Positions 1 through 10,234 of a DNA stretch of 64,000 nt are shown here, piece after piece. Within the stretch, counting starts at the first letter, position 1, and each line of letters begins with the position of its first letter. Under the pieces are notes generated by a model that was not told the DNA's origin, searched no databases, and saw only the letters and a list, made by a program, of their open reading frames with translations. This DNA is from Candidatus Cloacimonadota bacterium. Its GTDB lineage: Bacteria; Cloacimonadota; Cloacimonadia; G963667145. A program made the position numbers and the translations under genes. Location: contig OY781092.1 of the NCBI GenBank assembly GCA_963676615.1, positions 352,001-416,000 on the forward strand. Reading direction: 5' to 3'.

Positions 1-536
1 TTGGTGGACAGGTCGTGATGACCAGCTCTCGGCACCAGACGGGCAGCGATAGGATCTGGGAGGTGGTGTCTGGCAGCGATTGCGACATCGTTTTTAATAT
101 TCAGGGCGACGAGCCGTTTTTGCCCAAAAAAGCTGTGCAGGCGGTTTTGGATTTGTTTGCGGAGCCTTTGGTGGATGTTGGCTCGGCGATGTGTCCTCTT
201 GCGCAAAAAAGCGAGATTGACGACCCCAATTGCGTGAAAGTCGTTTGCGATGCCAAAAATTTTGCGCTCTATTTTTCGCGGCTTCCGATTCCCTATAATC
301 GCGATAATTCTCGGGTGGAATATTTTGGGCACATTGGGCTTTACGCCTACAAAAAGCAGGCTCTGGCGGAGTTTGTGGCGATGCCGAAATCTTGCCTTGA
401 GATTGCCGAAAATTTGGAGCAACTCAGGTTTTTGCAAGCGGGAAAAAAGCTGCGGATGGCAAAAATTCAGGAGAAAGTTGTCGGAATCGACACTCCCGAA
501 GATTTGGCAAAAGCTCGCAAAATTTTGGAAAAGTGA
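1..536 (+). CDS. kdsB: 3-deoxy-manno-octulosonate cytidylyltransferase (CMP-Kdo synthetase), 5'-truncated by the window edge
   Basis: Motifs TGSDR, NIQGDEP, ALYFSRLPIP, HIGLYAY, LEQLRFL, GIDTPEDL. Confidence 0.95.
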   Translation, partial: GGQVVMTSSRHQTGSDRIWEVVSGSDCDIVFNIQGDEPFLPKKAVQAVLDLFAEPLVDVGSAMCPLAQKSEIDDPNCVKVVCDAKNFALYFSRLPIPYNRDNSRVEYFGHIGLYAYKKQALAEFVAMPKSCLEIAENLEQLRFLQAGKKLRMAKIQEKVVGIDTPEDLAKARKILEK

Positions 537-1582
537 TGAAAGAGAAGGTGGCTCTTGCGCTGTCTGGCGGCATCGACTCGTCGGTGTGCGCCTACTTCCT
601 CAAGGAGCAAGGCTACGATGTGCATTGCTTCACGATGCGGCTTTTCGACGATCAGCCGCTGGGATTTTCGCAAGAGAAAGGTTGCCGAGCGACGATTGCC
701 AAAGCTCAAAAAGTTGCTAAAAAGCTGGATTTGCCGTTTGAGGTAATCGATTTGCGAGCGGAGTTTAAGCGGAAAATTTTGGACGCTTTTTTGGAGAAAT
801 ATCAAGCGGGACTCACGCCAAATCCGTGCGTCGATTGTAATTTTCACATCAAATGGGGGCTTTTTGCAGATATTTTGGCGGAAAATGGTTTTGATAAAAT
901 TGCCAGCGGACATTACGCCAAAGTGAGGCACGAGGCTGGTAAATACAAGGTTTTTAAGGCGAAAGATGACACCAAAGATCAGACCTATTTTTTTTGGAGA
1001 TTGTCGCAAGAGCAGCTGGCGAGGATGTTTTTTCCGTTGTCGGAGCTGAAAAAGTCGCAGATGAAGGAGCTGGCGCTGGATTTGGGCTTGGTGAGTGATA
1101 GCAGCGAGAGTCAGGGCGTGTGTTTTATCGAAAACGATTATAAGGAGCTTTTGCGGCGACTGATTGGCGTTAATCCTGGTGCTGTTCGGCTGGATGGCAA
1201 AAAAATCGGCGAGCACAAGGGCATCGCCTACTACACGATTGGTCAGCGGCGTGGGCTGGAGATTCCGCACGCGACGCCGCTTTATGTGAAGTCCAAAAAC
1301 GCCAAAACTAACGCTATCACGGTTGTCGAGGATAGGTCGCTGCTGGCGACTTGCTCGTTTTATATCAAAAATGCGAACTTTTTTGAGGTAGATTTTGCTG
1401 GTTTGAGCGGGCTAAGCGTGCAGGTTTGTTACAACACAAAAGCGGTAGCGGTGGTGAGCTTAACGCCCAAGGGTAAAGGATTTTTGGTGCAGACCAAAGA
1501 GCCGATAAAAGCTGTGGCGAGCGGACAGTCGGCGGTTTTTTACGCTGGAGATTTGCTCGTGGGCGGTGGCGAGATTGGCTAG
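536..1582 (+). CDS. mnmA: tRNA U34 2-thiouridylase
   Basis: SGGIDS PP-loop, TPNPCVDCN, ASGHYA, KDQTYF, ESQGVCF, YTIGQRRGL, GQSAVFY. Confidence 0.95.
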   Translation: MKEKVALALSGGIDSSVCAYFLKEQGYDVHCFTMRLFDDQPLGFSQEKGCRATIAKAQKVAKKLDLPFEVIDLRAEFKRKILDAFLEKYQAGLTPNPCVDCNFHIKWGLFADILAENGFDKIASGHYAKVRHEAGKYKVFKAKDDTKDQTYFFWRLSQEQLARMFFPLSELKKSQMKELALDLGLVSDSSESQGVCFIENDYKELLRRLIGVNPGAVRLDGKKIGEHKGIAYYTIGQRRGLEIPHATPLYVKSKNAKTNAITVVEDRSLLATCSFYIKNANFFEVDFAGLSGLSVQVCYNTKAVAVVSLTPKGKGFLVQTKEPIKAVASGQSAVFYAGDLLVGGGEIG

Positions 1583-1681
1583 AGGCGGCTTTTTTGGCGA
1601 GAAATTGGAAAGCGGAATTTTCCGATACGAAAAGCGGACGAAATCTGGAGTCGCAAATCTTTTTTTGGCGAGAAGATTTTC

Positions 1682-1710
1682 TTTACAATTTAGGCTTTTT
1701 TGAAAGGTTG
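1682..1710 (+). promoter_or_regulatory. Putative lepA promoter, TTTACA-N17-AGGTTG, ending 5 nt before the ATG
   Basis: Same geometry as the TTGACA-N20-TTG motif seen upstream of other operons. Confidence 0.45.
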
Positions 1711-1715
1711 GAATT

Positions 1716-3497
1716 ATGAAAAATGTTAGAAATTTTTGTATAATTGCGCATATCGATCACGGAAAATCGACGCTTTCGGACAGATTTTTGCAGCTTACGG
1801 GAGTGCTGGGAGACGCCAGCGGGCAGGTTTTGGACGATATGGATTTGGAGCGGGAGCGCGGGATTACGATCAAGTCGAAGGCTGTGCGGATGAACTACAC
1901 CTATCTGGGTCAGGAGTATGTGCTGAACCTCATCGATACGCCTGGGCATGTCGATTTTTCCTACGAAGTGTCTCGCAGTCTGAACTCTTGCGAGGCGGCT
2001 TTGCTGCTGGTGGACGCCGCACAAGGCGTTGAGGCGCAGACGATGAGCAATCTGTATCTTGCCTTGGAGAACAATCTGGAGATTATTCCTGTGATCAACA
2101 AAATCGATTTGCCGTCGGCGGATGTGGAGGCTTGTCAGGAGAAGCTTTTCGAGCTTTTGGGACAGGACAATATTTACAAAATTTCGGCTAAATCGAACAT
2201 CGGCATTCAGGAACTTTTGGAGGGCGTGATCAAAGATGTGCCCGCTCCAAAAGGCGATGTTGCGGCACCTGTGAAGGCTTTGGTTTTCGACTCGTTCTAC
2301 GATAAGTATCGCGGAGTTGTGATTTTGGTGCGGATGTTTGACGGTAGTCTCAAAAAAGGCGATAGGGTGAAGTTTTGTTCTAGCGATGTCGAGTTTGCGA
2401 TCGAGGAGCTGGGCTATGTGGGCTTGGAGCTCAAGGCGAGCAAAGATTTGGTTGCTGGCGATGTCGGCTACATTATTTCGGGGATTAAAGATATCGATCA
2501 GGCGAAAGTTGGCGATACGGTAACGGGTGTTAGGCTCCCGTGCGACAAGGCTTTGGCTGGTTTTCAGGAAGTCAAGCCGATGGTGTATAGCGGAGTTTTT
2601 CCTGTGGCGAGCGACGAGTATAAGGAGCTGCGAGAAGCGCTGGAGAAGCTGAAGTTGAACGATGCGTCGCTGGTTTATGAGCCGGAAAATTCGCTGGCTC
2701 TGGGCTTTGGATTTCGGTGTGGATTTTTGGGAATGTTGCACTTGGAGATAGTTGTGGAGCGGCTTTATCGGGAGTATAATGTGCCGATTATCACCACTGC
2801 GCCGTCTGTGCCGTTTCGAGTTTTTGATAAAGCGGGCAAAATGAGCGAGGTGCACAATCCGATAAATTTGCCCGAGCCCAAAGATATCGATTACATTCAG
2901 GAGCCGTATATGAACCTCGAAATCATTGTTCCGTCGAGGTTTATCGGCAATATTATGAAGCTGGTGATCGAGAAGCGGGGCGTGCAAAAAAATATGGAGT
3001 ATATCGATCAAGACAGAGTTTGTTTGAAATACGATATTCCGCTTTTGGAGTTGATTTTCGATTTTTACTCTCGATTGAAGTCGGTTTCCAGCGGTTACGC
3101 CTCGATGGACTATTCCTACGCCGATTATCGCACTTCGGACATCGTTAAGGTGGATATTTTGGTCAACGGCGACAAGGTTGACGCGATGAGTTTTATGGCG
3201 CATCGTGAAAAAGCCAGAGCGTGGGGGCTGAACATCACCGAGCGGCTGAAAGATTTGATTCCTCGGCACTTATTCAAAATTCCGATTCAGGCGGCTATTG
3301 GTAGCGATGTTGTGGCTCGCTCGACGATTAACGCGATGCGAAAAAATGTGACGGCGAAATGTTATGGCGGCGATATTACCAGAAAGCGTAAGTTGCTGGA
3401 AAAGCAGAAGAAAGGCAAGAAACGGATGAAAGAGATTGGCTCGGTTTCGATTCCGCAGGAAGCTTTTTTGGCGGTGATGAAAGCCGATAAAATTTAG
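1716..3497 (+). CDS. lepA: Elongation factor 4 (LepA)
   Basis: IAHIDHGKSTL, LERERGITIK, DTPGHVDF, C-terminal KCYGGDITRKRKLLEKQK. Confidence 0.98.
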   Translation: MKNVRNFCIIAHIDHGKSTLSDRFLQLTGVLGDASGQVLDDMDLERERGITIKSKAVRMNYTYLGQEYVLNLIDTPGHVDFSYEVSRSLNSCEAALLLVDAAQGVEAQTMSNLYLALENNLEIIPVINKIDLPSADVEACQEKLFELLGQDNIYKISAKSNIGIQELLEGVIKDVPAPKGDVAAPVKALVFDSFYDKYRGVVILVRMFDGSLKKGDRVKFCSSDVEFAIEELGYVGLELKASKDLVAGDVGYIISGIKDIDQAKVGDTVTGVRLPCDKALAGFQEVKPMVYSGVFPVASDEYKELREALEKLKLNDASLVYEPENSLALGFGFRCGFLGMLHLEIVVERLYREYNVPIITTAPSVPFRVFDKAGKMSEVHNPINLPEPKDIDYIQEPYMNLEIIVPSRFIGNIMKLVIEKRGVQKNMEYIDQDRVCLKYDIPLLELIFDFYSRLKSVSSGYASMDYSYADYRTSDIVKVDILVNGDKVDAMSFMAHREKARAWGLNITERLKDLIPRHLFKIPIQAAIGSDVVARSTINAMRKNVTAKCYGGDITRKRKLLEKQKKGKKRMKEIGSVSIPQEAFLAVMKADKI

Positions 3498-3536
3498 CGA
3501 GATTTACCAAAAAAGGAGAGAGTTATTTTACATAAT

Positions 3537-4106
3537 TTGCTACGAGGAAAGAAGGTCGTTTTAGGTTCGGCGTCGCAGAGGCGCGAGCGGATTTTGCGGA
3601 TGATGGGCGTGAAGTTTGTCAAGATTGCCGCAGATGTGGACGAGACGGAGGACGCTAAACTCTCGCCCTTGCTTTTGTGCAAGAAGCTCGCCCAAAAAAA
3701 GGCGGAGACTGTGGCAGAGATGTGCGATGCAAATTGCTTGGTTATCGGAGCGGACACTTTCGTTTATCTGGATGGAAAAATTTTGGGCAAGCCCGCAGAC
3801 GCTGCGCAGGCACGAGATTTTTTGCAGAGGCTCTCGGGCAGGACGCACACGGTTTATTCGGGGGTTTGCGTGCGCTACAAGCGGAAATCGTGGACAGGTT
3901 TTGCCAAGGCGAAGGTGACTTTTGACGAGCTCTCGGAGGTGCAAATCGACCAATATCTGGTTACCAAAGAGCCGTATGACAAGGCGGGCGCCTACGCTTT
4001 GCAGGGGGCAGCCGGACAGTTCATCTCCAAAATTAACGGCGATTGGTTTACGGTCGTTGGTTTGCCAGTGAATTTGCTTGCAGCCTTGGTGCGTAAGGCT
4101 TTGTAG
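3537..4106 (+). CDS. maf: Maf family nucleotide pyrophosphatase (YhdE-like); start uncertain
   Basis: LGSASQRR, IGADT, GKP, DKAGAYALQG, VVGLP. Confidence 0.92.
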   Translation: MLRGKKVVLGSASQRRERILRMMGVKFVKIAADVDETEDAKLSPLLLCKKLAQKKAETVAEMCDANCLVIGADTFVYLDGKILGKPADAAQARDFLQRLSGRTHTVYSGVCVRYKRKSWTGFAKAKVTFDELSEVQIDQYLVTKEPYDKAGAYALQGAAGQFISKINGDWFTVVGLPVNLLAALVRKAL

Positions 4107-4133
4107 GGCAAAAGCTGCTCGTTTTTTTCGCCG

Positions 4134-5021
4134 ATGAGACCGCAAACCAAGTTTCAGCTAGATGCGTATGGCTATTTTCTAAAAGTGGAAAAGGGGCTTG
4201 CCGAAAAGTCTTTGCAGGCGTATTTTTCCGATTTGGAAGATTTTTTGCTTTTTGCGCAAAAAGATTTGGAGGCGATTTCCAATCAAGATTTGGTGGATTA
4301 TTTGGTGAAGTTGCAGTCTTATGGGCTAAGCTCGGCGACGCTTTTGCGGAAGCGGAGTTCGATTAAAGGCTTTTTTGATTTTTTGCTGGTGCAGCAGGAG
4401 TTGAAGGTGGTCTTGAGCGATTTTCCGAAAATTAAGCAGGCTGTGCGGTTGCCGTCGGTGCTTTCTGTTGCGCAGGTGGAGAAGTTGTTGCAAGTTTTCC
4501 AGATGGGCAAGACCGCGCTGGAGGCTCGTAACAGAGCGATTTTGGAGGTCGCTTACGCTTGCGGATTGCGAGAGAGCGAGATGCTCGATTTGAAGTTGAA
4601 CGATTTGCTGTTGCAGCAGGAGGTTCTGCGGGTGATAGGCAAAGGTAACAAGCAGCGGTTTGTGCCGATTTGTCACACGGCGATTGAGATTTTGCAGGAG
4701 TATTTGCAAAGTTATCGCCCGCTGCTGGTGAAGACCAAAATCACCGACTATGTTTTTGTGAATAAGTTTGGGCGTCGCTTGTCTCGTATGGGTTTGTGGA
4801 AGATTGTGCAAAAGGCGGTAACGGAGGCTGGTTTGCGCAAAAAAGTGTCGCCGCACACATTGCGGCACTCGTTTGCCACGCACTTGCTGGAGGCAGGAGC
4901 TGGCATCAGGTCTATTCAGATGATGCTCGGACACGCCAGCATCAACACGACGCAGATTTACACGAACATCGACAAGTCGCACCTGATTAAAGTGCACAAA
5001 AAGTTTCACCCGAGGGGGTAA
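4134..5021 (+). CDS. xerD: Site-specific tyrosine recombinase XerD/XerC
   Basis: RNRAILE..YACGLRESE, GKGNKQR, SPHTLRHSFATHLL, LGHASINTTQIY, C-terminal HPRG. Confidence 0.88.
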   Translation: MRPQTKFQLDAYGYFLKVEKGLAEKSLQAYFSDLEDFLLFAQKDLEAISNQDLVDYLVKLQSYGLSSATLLRKRSSIKGFFDFLLVQQELKVVLSDFPKIKQAVRLPSVLSVAQVEKLLQVFQMGKTALEARNRAILEVAYACGLRESEMLDLKLNDLLLQQEVLRVIGKGNKQRFVPICHTAIEILQEYLQSYRPLLVKTKITDYVFVNKFGRRLSRMGLWKIVQKAVTEAGLRKKVSPHTLRHSFATHLLEAGAGIRSIQMMLGHASINTTQIYTNIDKSHLIKVHKKFHPRG

Positions 5022-5113
5022 TTTGCCGAAATTTAACGATTTGGATTTGGGGAGAAAATATTTGACACCCCCGCGGTTTTTGGCTGTTTACGACTATCAA
5101 CGAAAGAGGTTTT

Positions 5114-6400
5114 ATGGAAAATTTGAAGAGAGAAGATAAAGAGATTTACGATTTGATACAGGACGAGGCGAAGCGCCAGAAGGAAGGTCTGGAGCTTATT
5201 GCATCGGAAAATTATGTTTCGCCTGCGGTTTTGGAGGCTGCTGGCAGCATTTTGACCAACAAATATGCCGAAGGGTATCCGTATCGCTGGAGCAAAAAAA
5301 CTGGCGATTTGAACTATCGGCTTTACGGGCGATATTATGGCGGTTGCGCGGTTGTGGACAAAATCGAGAAGCTGGCGGTGGAGCGTGCCAAAGAGCTTTT
5401 TGGCGCGGAGCATGTGAATGTGCAGCCGCACTCGGGTTCAACGGCGAATATGGCGGCTTATTTCACTTTGGTCGAGCCTGGCGACACGGTTTTGGCGATG
5501 GAGCTTAGCCACGGCGGACACTTGACGCACGGCAGCCCGCTGAGCTTTTCGGGGATGCTCTACAACATCGTTTCGTATGGCGTCGATGCCAAAACGCAGA
5601 TGCTGGATTATCAGGAAATTGAAAGGCTCGCCGTCGAGAACAAGCCGAAGATGATTTTGGCAGGAGCGTCCGCTTACTCTCGGGCGATAGATTTCGCGCG
5701 CTTTCGCCAGATTGCCGACAAAGTTGGGGCGTATTTGATGGTCGATATGGCGCATATTGCGGGGCTTGTCGCTGCGGGATTGCATCAGTCGCCCGTGCCG
5801 TATGCGGATATCGTGACCACGACGACGCACAAAACTTTGCGTGGACCTCGCTCGGGGCTGATTCTTTGCAAGGAAAAGTTCGCTAAGCAAGTGGACAAGG
5901 TCGTTTTTCCAGGATTGCAGGGCGGTCCGCTGGAGCATATTATCGCAGCCAAAGCGGTGGCTTTTGCTCAAGCGCTGGACGCAAAATTTGTTGAGTATCA
6001 GCAGCAGGTGCTTTTGAACGCCAAAACTTTGGCGGAATGTTTGTCAGGCTTTGGCTTTAAGCTCGTTTCTGGCGGAACGGATAACCACCTTGTGCTGTGG
6101 GATTTGGGCGATAAAGACAGCGGGAATCCTTCTGGCAAAAAGATGGAAAACGCGCTGGGACTCGCCGAGATTACGGTCAACAAAAACGCTGTGCCGTTTG
6201 ACACTCGCTCGCCGTTTGTGGCTTCGGGCATTCGCCTGGGAACTGCGGCAGTGACGACTCGGGGGATGAAGCAAGAGCAGATGCAAAAAATCGCCGAGTT
6301 TATCAAGCGGGTTTACGACAATTATGAGGACGAGTTCGAGTTAGCCAAAATCGGCTTGGAAGTTAAAGATTTTTGCAAGGCGTTCCCCATATGGCAATAA
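5114..6400 (+). CDS. glyA: Serine hydroxymethyltransferase
   Basis: [40 protein letters not shown]. Confidence 0.98.
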   Translation: MENLKREDKEIYDLIQDEAKRQKEGLELIASENYVSPAVLEAAGSILTNKYAEGYPYRWSKKTGDLNYRLYGRYYGGCAVVDKIEKLAVERAKELFGAEHVNVQPHSGSTANMAAYFTLVEPGDTVLAMELSHGGHLTHGSPLSFSGMLYNIVSYGVDAKTQMLDYQEIERLAVENKPKMILAGASAYSRAIDFARFRQIADKVGAYLMVDMAHIAGLVAAGLHQSPVPYADIVTTTTHKTLRGPRSGLILCKEKFAKQVDKVVFPGLQGGPLEHIIAAKAVAFAQALDAKFVEYQQQVLLNAKTLAECLSGFGFKLVSGGTDNHLVLWDLGDKDSGNPSGKKMENALGLAEITVNKNAVPFDTRSPFVASGIRLGTAAVTTRGMKQEQMQKIAEFIKRVYDNYEDEFELAKIGLEVKDFCKAFPIWQ

Positions 6401-7728
6401 AAAAAGTCGCCATTATCGGCAGACCAAATGTTGGTAAATCTTTTTTGTTCAATAGGTTGTCGAAGACGATTTCGGCGATTGTGGACGCAGAAGAGGGCGT
6501 GACGCGCGACAACAAAACGCACATTGTGCTGTGGAACGAGAAGAAGTTTGAGCTGGTGGACACTGGCGGTTTGTTTGGCAAGCACGATTTTGATCAGCAG
6601 ATTTTGGAGAAAGCCGGTGGCGTTATCCAGCAGGCGGATTTGGTGCTTTTTGTGGTGGATGCCAAAGTCGGGCTTTTGCCGGTGGAGAAGCGGATAGCCA
6701 AACTTTTGCAGGACAAGCAGACTTTGCTGGTGGCGAACAAGTGCGATTCCGAGCAGGATGAGGCGCAGAATTTTGAGTTTTTGGCTCTTGGTTTGGGAGA
6801 GCCGCATTCGGTTTCGGCAAAGCTCAATCGCGGCACTCGTCAGCTGCTGGACAGCGTGGCGAGGATAGCTGGCGTGGGCGTTAATACGGGCAAAGAGAAA
6901 GAGAAAATCCGCAGCAGAATTAACTTTAGCATCGTTGGGCGTCCGAATGTGGGCAAATCGAGCCTGCTTAACAAAATTTTTGGGGAAGAGCTATCGATTG
7001 TCAGCCCGATTTCTGGCACAACGCGCGATTCTATCGGCAGCGACATCACCTATAAAGGTCGGCAAATTCATTTTGTGGACACCGCTGGGCTGCGTCGCAA
7101 AAGCAGGGTTAAATATGGCGTGGAATATTTCAGCACGCAAAAGTCGATAGCGTCCATCGTGTCGAGCGATGTGGTGATTTTTGTGTTGGATGCGACCGAA
7201 GATTTTTCCAATCAAGATCAGAAAATCGGCGCTTTTGCCAAAAAGCATTACAAAAATATTTTGGTTGTGGTCAATAAATGGGATTTGATTAAAAAAGACA
7301 GCAAGTCGCACGACGAGTATAAGCGGCGGGCGTTTAAGTTTTTTCGATTTTTGGACGATTGCCCGATAATTTTCACATCGGCGCTTTCGGGGCAACGGGT
7401 GAACAATATTTTGCAGGAAGGCATTGAACTCTACGACCGCAGCAGCACGAGGGTGCCGACGGCGAAGCTCAACGCGACTTTGCAAGGTTGGCTGGACAGA
7501 TTTCCGCCGAAGCAGTCTGCGGGAAAGTTGGTCAAGATTTTTTATGCGACGCAAGTGCAGACAAATCCCATCAAAGTGGTGTTCGTGTGCTCGAATCCCG
7601 AGAACATCAGCTCGGCTTACAAGGGGTATTTGTTGAACAATTTTAAGAAAGAGTTTGCGCTTGGCGGCGTGAGCGTCAAGATGATTTACAGGCAAAGAGG
7701 TAAAAATGATAAAGACGATAGTCAGTAG
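6391..7728 (+). CDS. der: Ribosome biogenesis GTPase Der (EngA)
   Basis: Two GTPase domains (GRPNVGKS twice, DTGG/DTAG, NKCD/NKWD); ATG at 6391 overlaps the end of glyA. Confidence 0.96.
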   Translation: MAIKKVAIIGRPNVGKSFLFNRLSKTISAIVDAEEGVTRDNKTHIVLWNEKKFELVDTGGLFGKHDFDQQILEKAGGVIQQADLVLFVVDAKVGLLPVEKRIAKLLQDKQTLLVANKCDSEQDEAQNFEFLALGLGEPHSVSAKLNRGTRQLLDSVARIAGVGVNTGKEKEKIRSRINFSIVGRPNVGKSSLLNKIFGEELSIVSPISGTTRDSIGSDITYKGRQIHFVDTAGLRRKSRVKYGVEYFSTQKSIASIVSSDVVIFVLDATEDFSNQDQKIGAFAKKHYKNILVVVNKWDLIKKDSKSHDEYKRRAFKFFRFLDDCPIIFTSALSGQRVNNILQEGIELYDRSSTRVPTAKLNATLQGWLDRFPPKQSAGKLVKIFYATQVQTNPIKVVFVCSNPENISSAYKGYLLNNFKKEFALGGVSVKMIYRQRGKNDKDDSQ

Positions 7729-8341
7729 CGCTTTTTTTATTTTGCTGATCGGATATTTGGTCGGCAGCGTTCCCAGCGGTTATTTGGCGGGCAAAATTTT
7801 TAAGGGAATTGACATTCGCAAAAGCGGCAGTGGCAATATCGGAGCGACAAATGTTTTTCGCCTTTTGGGCTGGAAGTTCGGCTTGGCTGTTTTTTTGACC
7901 GATTTTTGCAAAGCTTTCGCTTTTGTGCAGATAGCAAAGTGGTGCTACTTTCCGCAACAGCCGTTTTTTTTGACATTGGCGGCTTTTTTGGTGATTGTGG
8001 GCAATGTTTTCCCAGTTTTTTTGAAATTCAAAGGCGGAAAAGGCGTCGCCAGCAGTGCGGGGCTTTTCGTCGGTTTGTGTCCGCTTGCTTTTTTGCTCTC
8101 GTTTGCGGTGTTTTTTTTGGTGGTTTACATTTGGCGCTATGTGTCGCTGGGCTCGCTTTTGGCGTCGCTCACGCTTTTTGCGTGCAACCTTTTTTTCTAT
8201 TTGAACGGACAAAAATCGCTGCTGGCGGTGCTCGTCCTCACAGGCGTAATAACGGCGTTTATCTGGTTTAAACATTGGGAAAACATCAAAAGAATTTTGA
8301 GCGGAACGGAAAATAAATTGGGCAAAAAACGAGAGAAGTGA
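7706..8341 (+). CDS. plsY: Acyl-phosphate:glycerol-3-phosphate acyltransferase
   Basis: GSGNIGATN, FKGGKGVA, H.ENIKRIL.GTE. Confidence 0.95.
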   Translation: MIKTIVSSAFFILLIGYLVGSVPSGYLAGKIFKGIDIRKSGSGNIGATNVFRLLGWKFGLAVFLTDFCKAFAFVQIAKWCYFPQQPFFLTLAAFLVIVGNVFPVFLKFKGGKGVASSAGLFVGLCPLAFLLSFAVFFLVVYIWRYVSLGSLLASLTLFACNLFFYLNGQKSLLAVLVLTGVITAFIWFKHWENIKRILSGTENKLGKKREK

Positions 8342-9330
8342 TGAAAAATTTGAAGCAACTTTTGGAAAAATTCAGCGGGAAAAAGATTGCGGTTTTTGGC
8401 GATTTGATGCTTGATCACTATGTCACTGGCTGCGTGAATCGGATTTCGCCCGAGGCGCCGATTCCTGTTGTGGATGTGACAAACGAGCGCTACAGCCTTG
8501 GTGGAGCTGCCAATGTGGTGGCAAATATTGCGTCTTTGGGAGCTGTGCCGCTGGTGTTTGGCGTTTATGGGCAAGATTTTGCGGGCAAAAAACTTTGTCA
8601 GCAGTTGCAGGAAAAAAATATTTCAGCGGAATTTTTGGTGCAGAGCAAAGAGCGCCCAACGACGCTCAAGACAAGGGTTGTGGCTGGCAGTCAGCAGATG
8701 GTGCGCATCGATTTTGAGCAGAAAAATTATATCCAGCAGAGCTTGGTGGACGAGGTTTTGGCGAAGTTTGAGAAAGTCGCCAGCGAGTGTGCGGGCGTGA
8801 TTTTGGAGGACTATAACAAAGGTTTTTTGAGTGCGCCGCTCATCGAGGGAGTGATCGAGATTGCCAAAAAAAACAGCGTGCCAGTGAGCGTCGATCCGAA
8901 GTTTTTGAATTTTGGCGCATACAAGGGCGTGAGCGTGTTCAAGCCGAATTTGGCGGAGTTTTGCGCTCTTGCGGGAGTGCGAGAAGATGCGGACGATTTT
9001 CAGGCGAAAGCGTGGCAGATGGTGGACGATTTACAGTGCGATTTTTTGGTGATAACTATGGGTCGCGACGGTTTGGCGATTTATCAGCGTGGCAAAAATA
9101 AGGCGGTGGCGATTCCGACTTTTGCCCAAACCGTTTACGATGTTTGCGGTGCGGGCGATGCGGTGATTAGTTCGCTGGCTTTGGCTCTGGGCAGTGGCGC
9201 GAGCATTGTGCAGGCTTGTCAGATAGCCAATCACGCAGCGGGCGTCGTCTGCGGGCGCATCGGCGTGGTGAATGTCAATCGGCAGGAGATTATCGACTCG
9301 TTCGCCCAGTGGGAAATGGGGTTGGAGTAA
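8341..9330 (+). CDS. rfaE1: D-glycero-beta-D-manno-heptose-7-phosphate kinase (stand-alone HldE kinase domain)
   Basis: GDLMLDHY, RISPEAPIPV, GGAANVVAN, DVCGAGD; no adenylyltransferase domain. Confidence 0.9.
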   Translation: MKNLKQLLEKFSGKKIAVFGDLMLDHYVTGCVNRISPEAPIPVVDVTNERYSLGGAANVVANIASLGAVPLVFGVYGQDFAGKKLCQQLQEKNISAEFLVQSKERPTTLKTRVVAGSQQMVRIDFEQKNYIQQSLVDEVLAKFEKVASECAGVILEDYNKGFLSAPLIEGVIEIAKKNSVPVSVDPKFLNFGAYKGVSVFKPNLAEFCALAGVREDADDFQAKAWQMVDDLQCDFLVITMGRDGLAIYQRGKNKAVAIPTFAQTVYDVCGAGDAVISSLALALGSGASIVQACQIANHAAGVVCGRIGVVNVNRQEIIDSFAQWEMGLE

Positions 9331-9356
9331 GCAAAGAGCTGAAAAGCCAAATTGTG

Positions 9357-9386
9357 TTGACAGTTGTGTCGCGAAATTGCGGCTTG
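9357..9386 (+). promoter_or_regulatory. Putative pan operon promoter, TTGACA-N18-GGCTTG
   Basis: Perfect -35 hexamer with TTG 21 nt downstream, in the intergenic region upstream of the operon. Confidence 0.45.
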
Positions 9387-9520
9387 ATAGTGATAAGAAA
9401 ACCAGCTGACGAGATTTTGCAAAAAAGAGCAAAGCTTGTATGGCAGATACAAAAAAACCGATAACTAATTGCTTGGCAAGGACTTGATCTTATATAGAAA
9501 AAAGGCAGGTACCGATTTTA

Positions 9521-10234
9521 ATGAGCGAAAAAAAAGTTTATGGCATCGTTGGTGATGGCAAAATGGCGAGTCATTTTTGCCGCTACCTTGATTTGTGCGG
9601 CGTCGATTATATTTCTTGGAGTCGCAGGGCGGATGTGGGCGTTCGTCCATTCGACAAGCTGAAAAATTGCCAGCTGGTGTGTCTGCTCATCAGCGACGGG
9701 GCTATCGGAGATTTTTTGGAGCAAAATCGCGAGCTAAAAAATCTTCGCTTGGTGCATTTTTCTGGCTCTCTTTTTTTGGAGGGTGTGCCGTCGTATCACC
9801 CGCTGATGACTTTTGCCAAGCGGCTTTATTCCAGGCAAGAGTATCAAAAAATCCCTTTTGTTTATGAGCAAGGTCAGCCGACTTTTGCGCAGATTTTTCC
9901 AAAGCTTCCTAACGAGAGTTTTCCGCTGCAGAGAGATAAAAAGCCGCTCTATCACGCTTTGTGTGTGCTTTCGGGAAATTTCACGACTTTGCTTTGGCAA
10001 AAAGTTTTTGGGGAATTTGAGCGGCAGCTTGGTTTGGAGCCCAAAATTTTGTTTGCGTATATGCAGCAAATTTTTGAGAATTTGCAGGACGATTGGAAAA
10101 ACGCTTTGAGTGGGCCTCTTTCAAGAGGCGACAAGAGCACGATTGACGCTAATTTGAACGCTTTGCAGGGCGATAATTTCGCTGGAGTTTACAGGGCGTT
10201 TGTGCAGGCGTTAGATAAAGGAGGAAAATTGTGA
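9521..10234 (+). CDS. Rossmann-like/DUF2520 protein, probable PanG-type ketopantoate reductase
   Basis: GIVGDGKMA dinucleotide motif, HFSGSL, HPLMTF, YHALCVLSGNF, LSGPLSRGD; first gene of a pan operon lacking panE. Confidence 0.75.
   Translation: MSEKKVYGIVGDGKMASHFCRYLDLCGVDYISWSRRADVGVRPFDKLKNCQLVCLLISDGAIGDFLEQNRELKNLRLVHFSGSLFLEGVPSYHPLMTFAKRLYSRQEYQKIPFVYEQGQPTFAQIFPKLPNESFPLQRDKKPLYHALCVLSGNFTTLLWQKVFGEFERQLGLEPKILFAYMQQIFENLQDDWKNALSGPLSRGDKSTIDANLNALQGDNFAGVYRAFVQALDKGGKL

Noticed and set aside
1683..3269. Long antisense ORFs (528 aa here; also 33837-35510, 43517-44728, 46235-47458)
   Set aside because: They are shadows of well-conserved genes on the opposite strand, with no recognisable motifs or RBS.
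4134..5021. Tyrosine recombinase as a sign of a mobile element
   Set aside because: It has XerD/XerC length and motifs and sits among housekeeping genes, with no att sites or cargo.
9361..9520. pan-motif RNA upstream of the pan operon
   Set aside because: The G-U-rich stems at 9361-9408 overlap the putative promoter itself, and I cannot match the motif consensus by eye; an Rfam scan would be needed.
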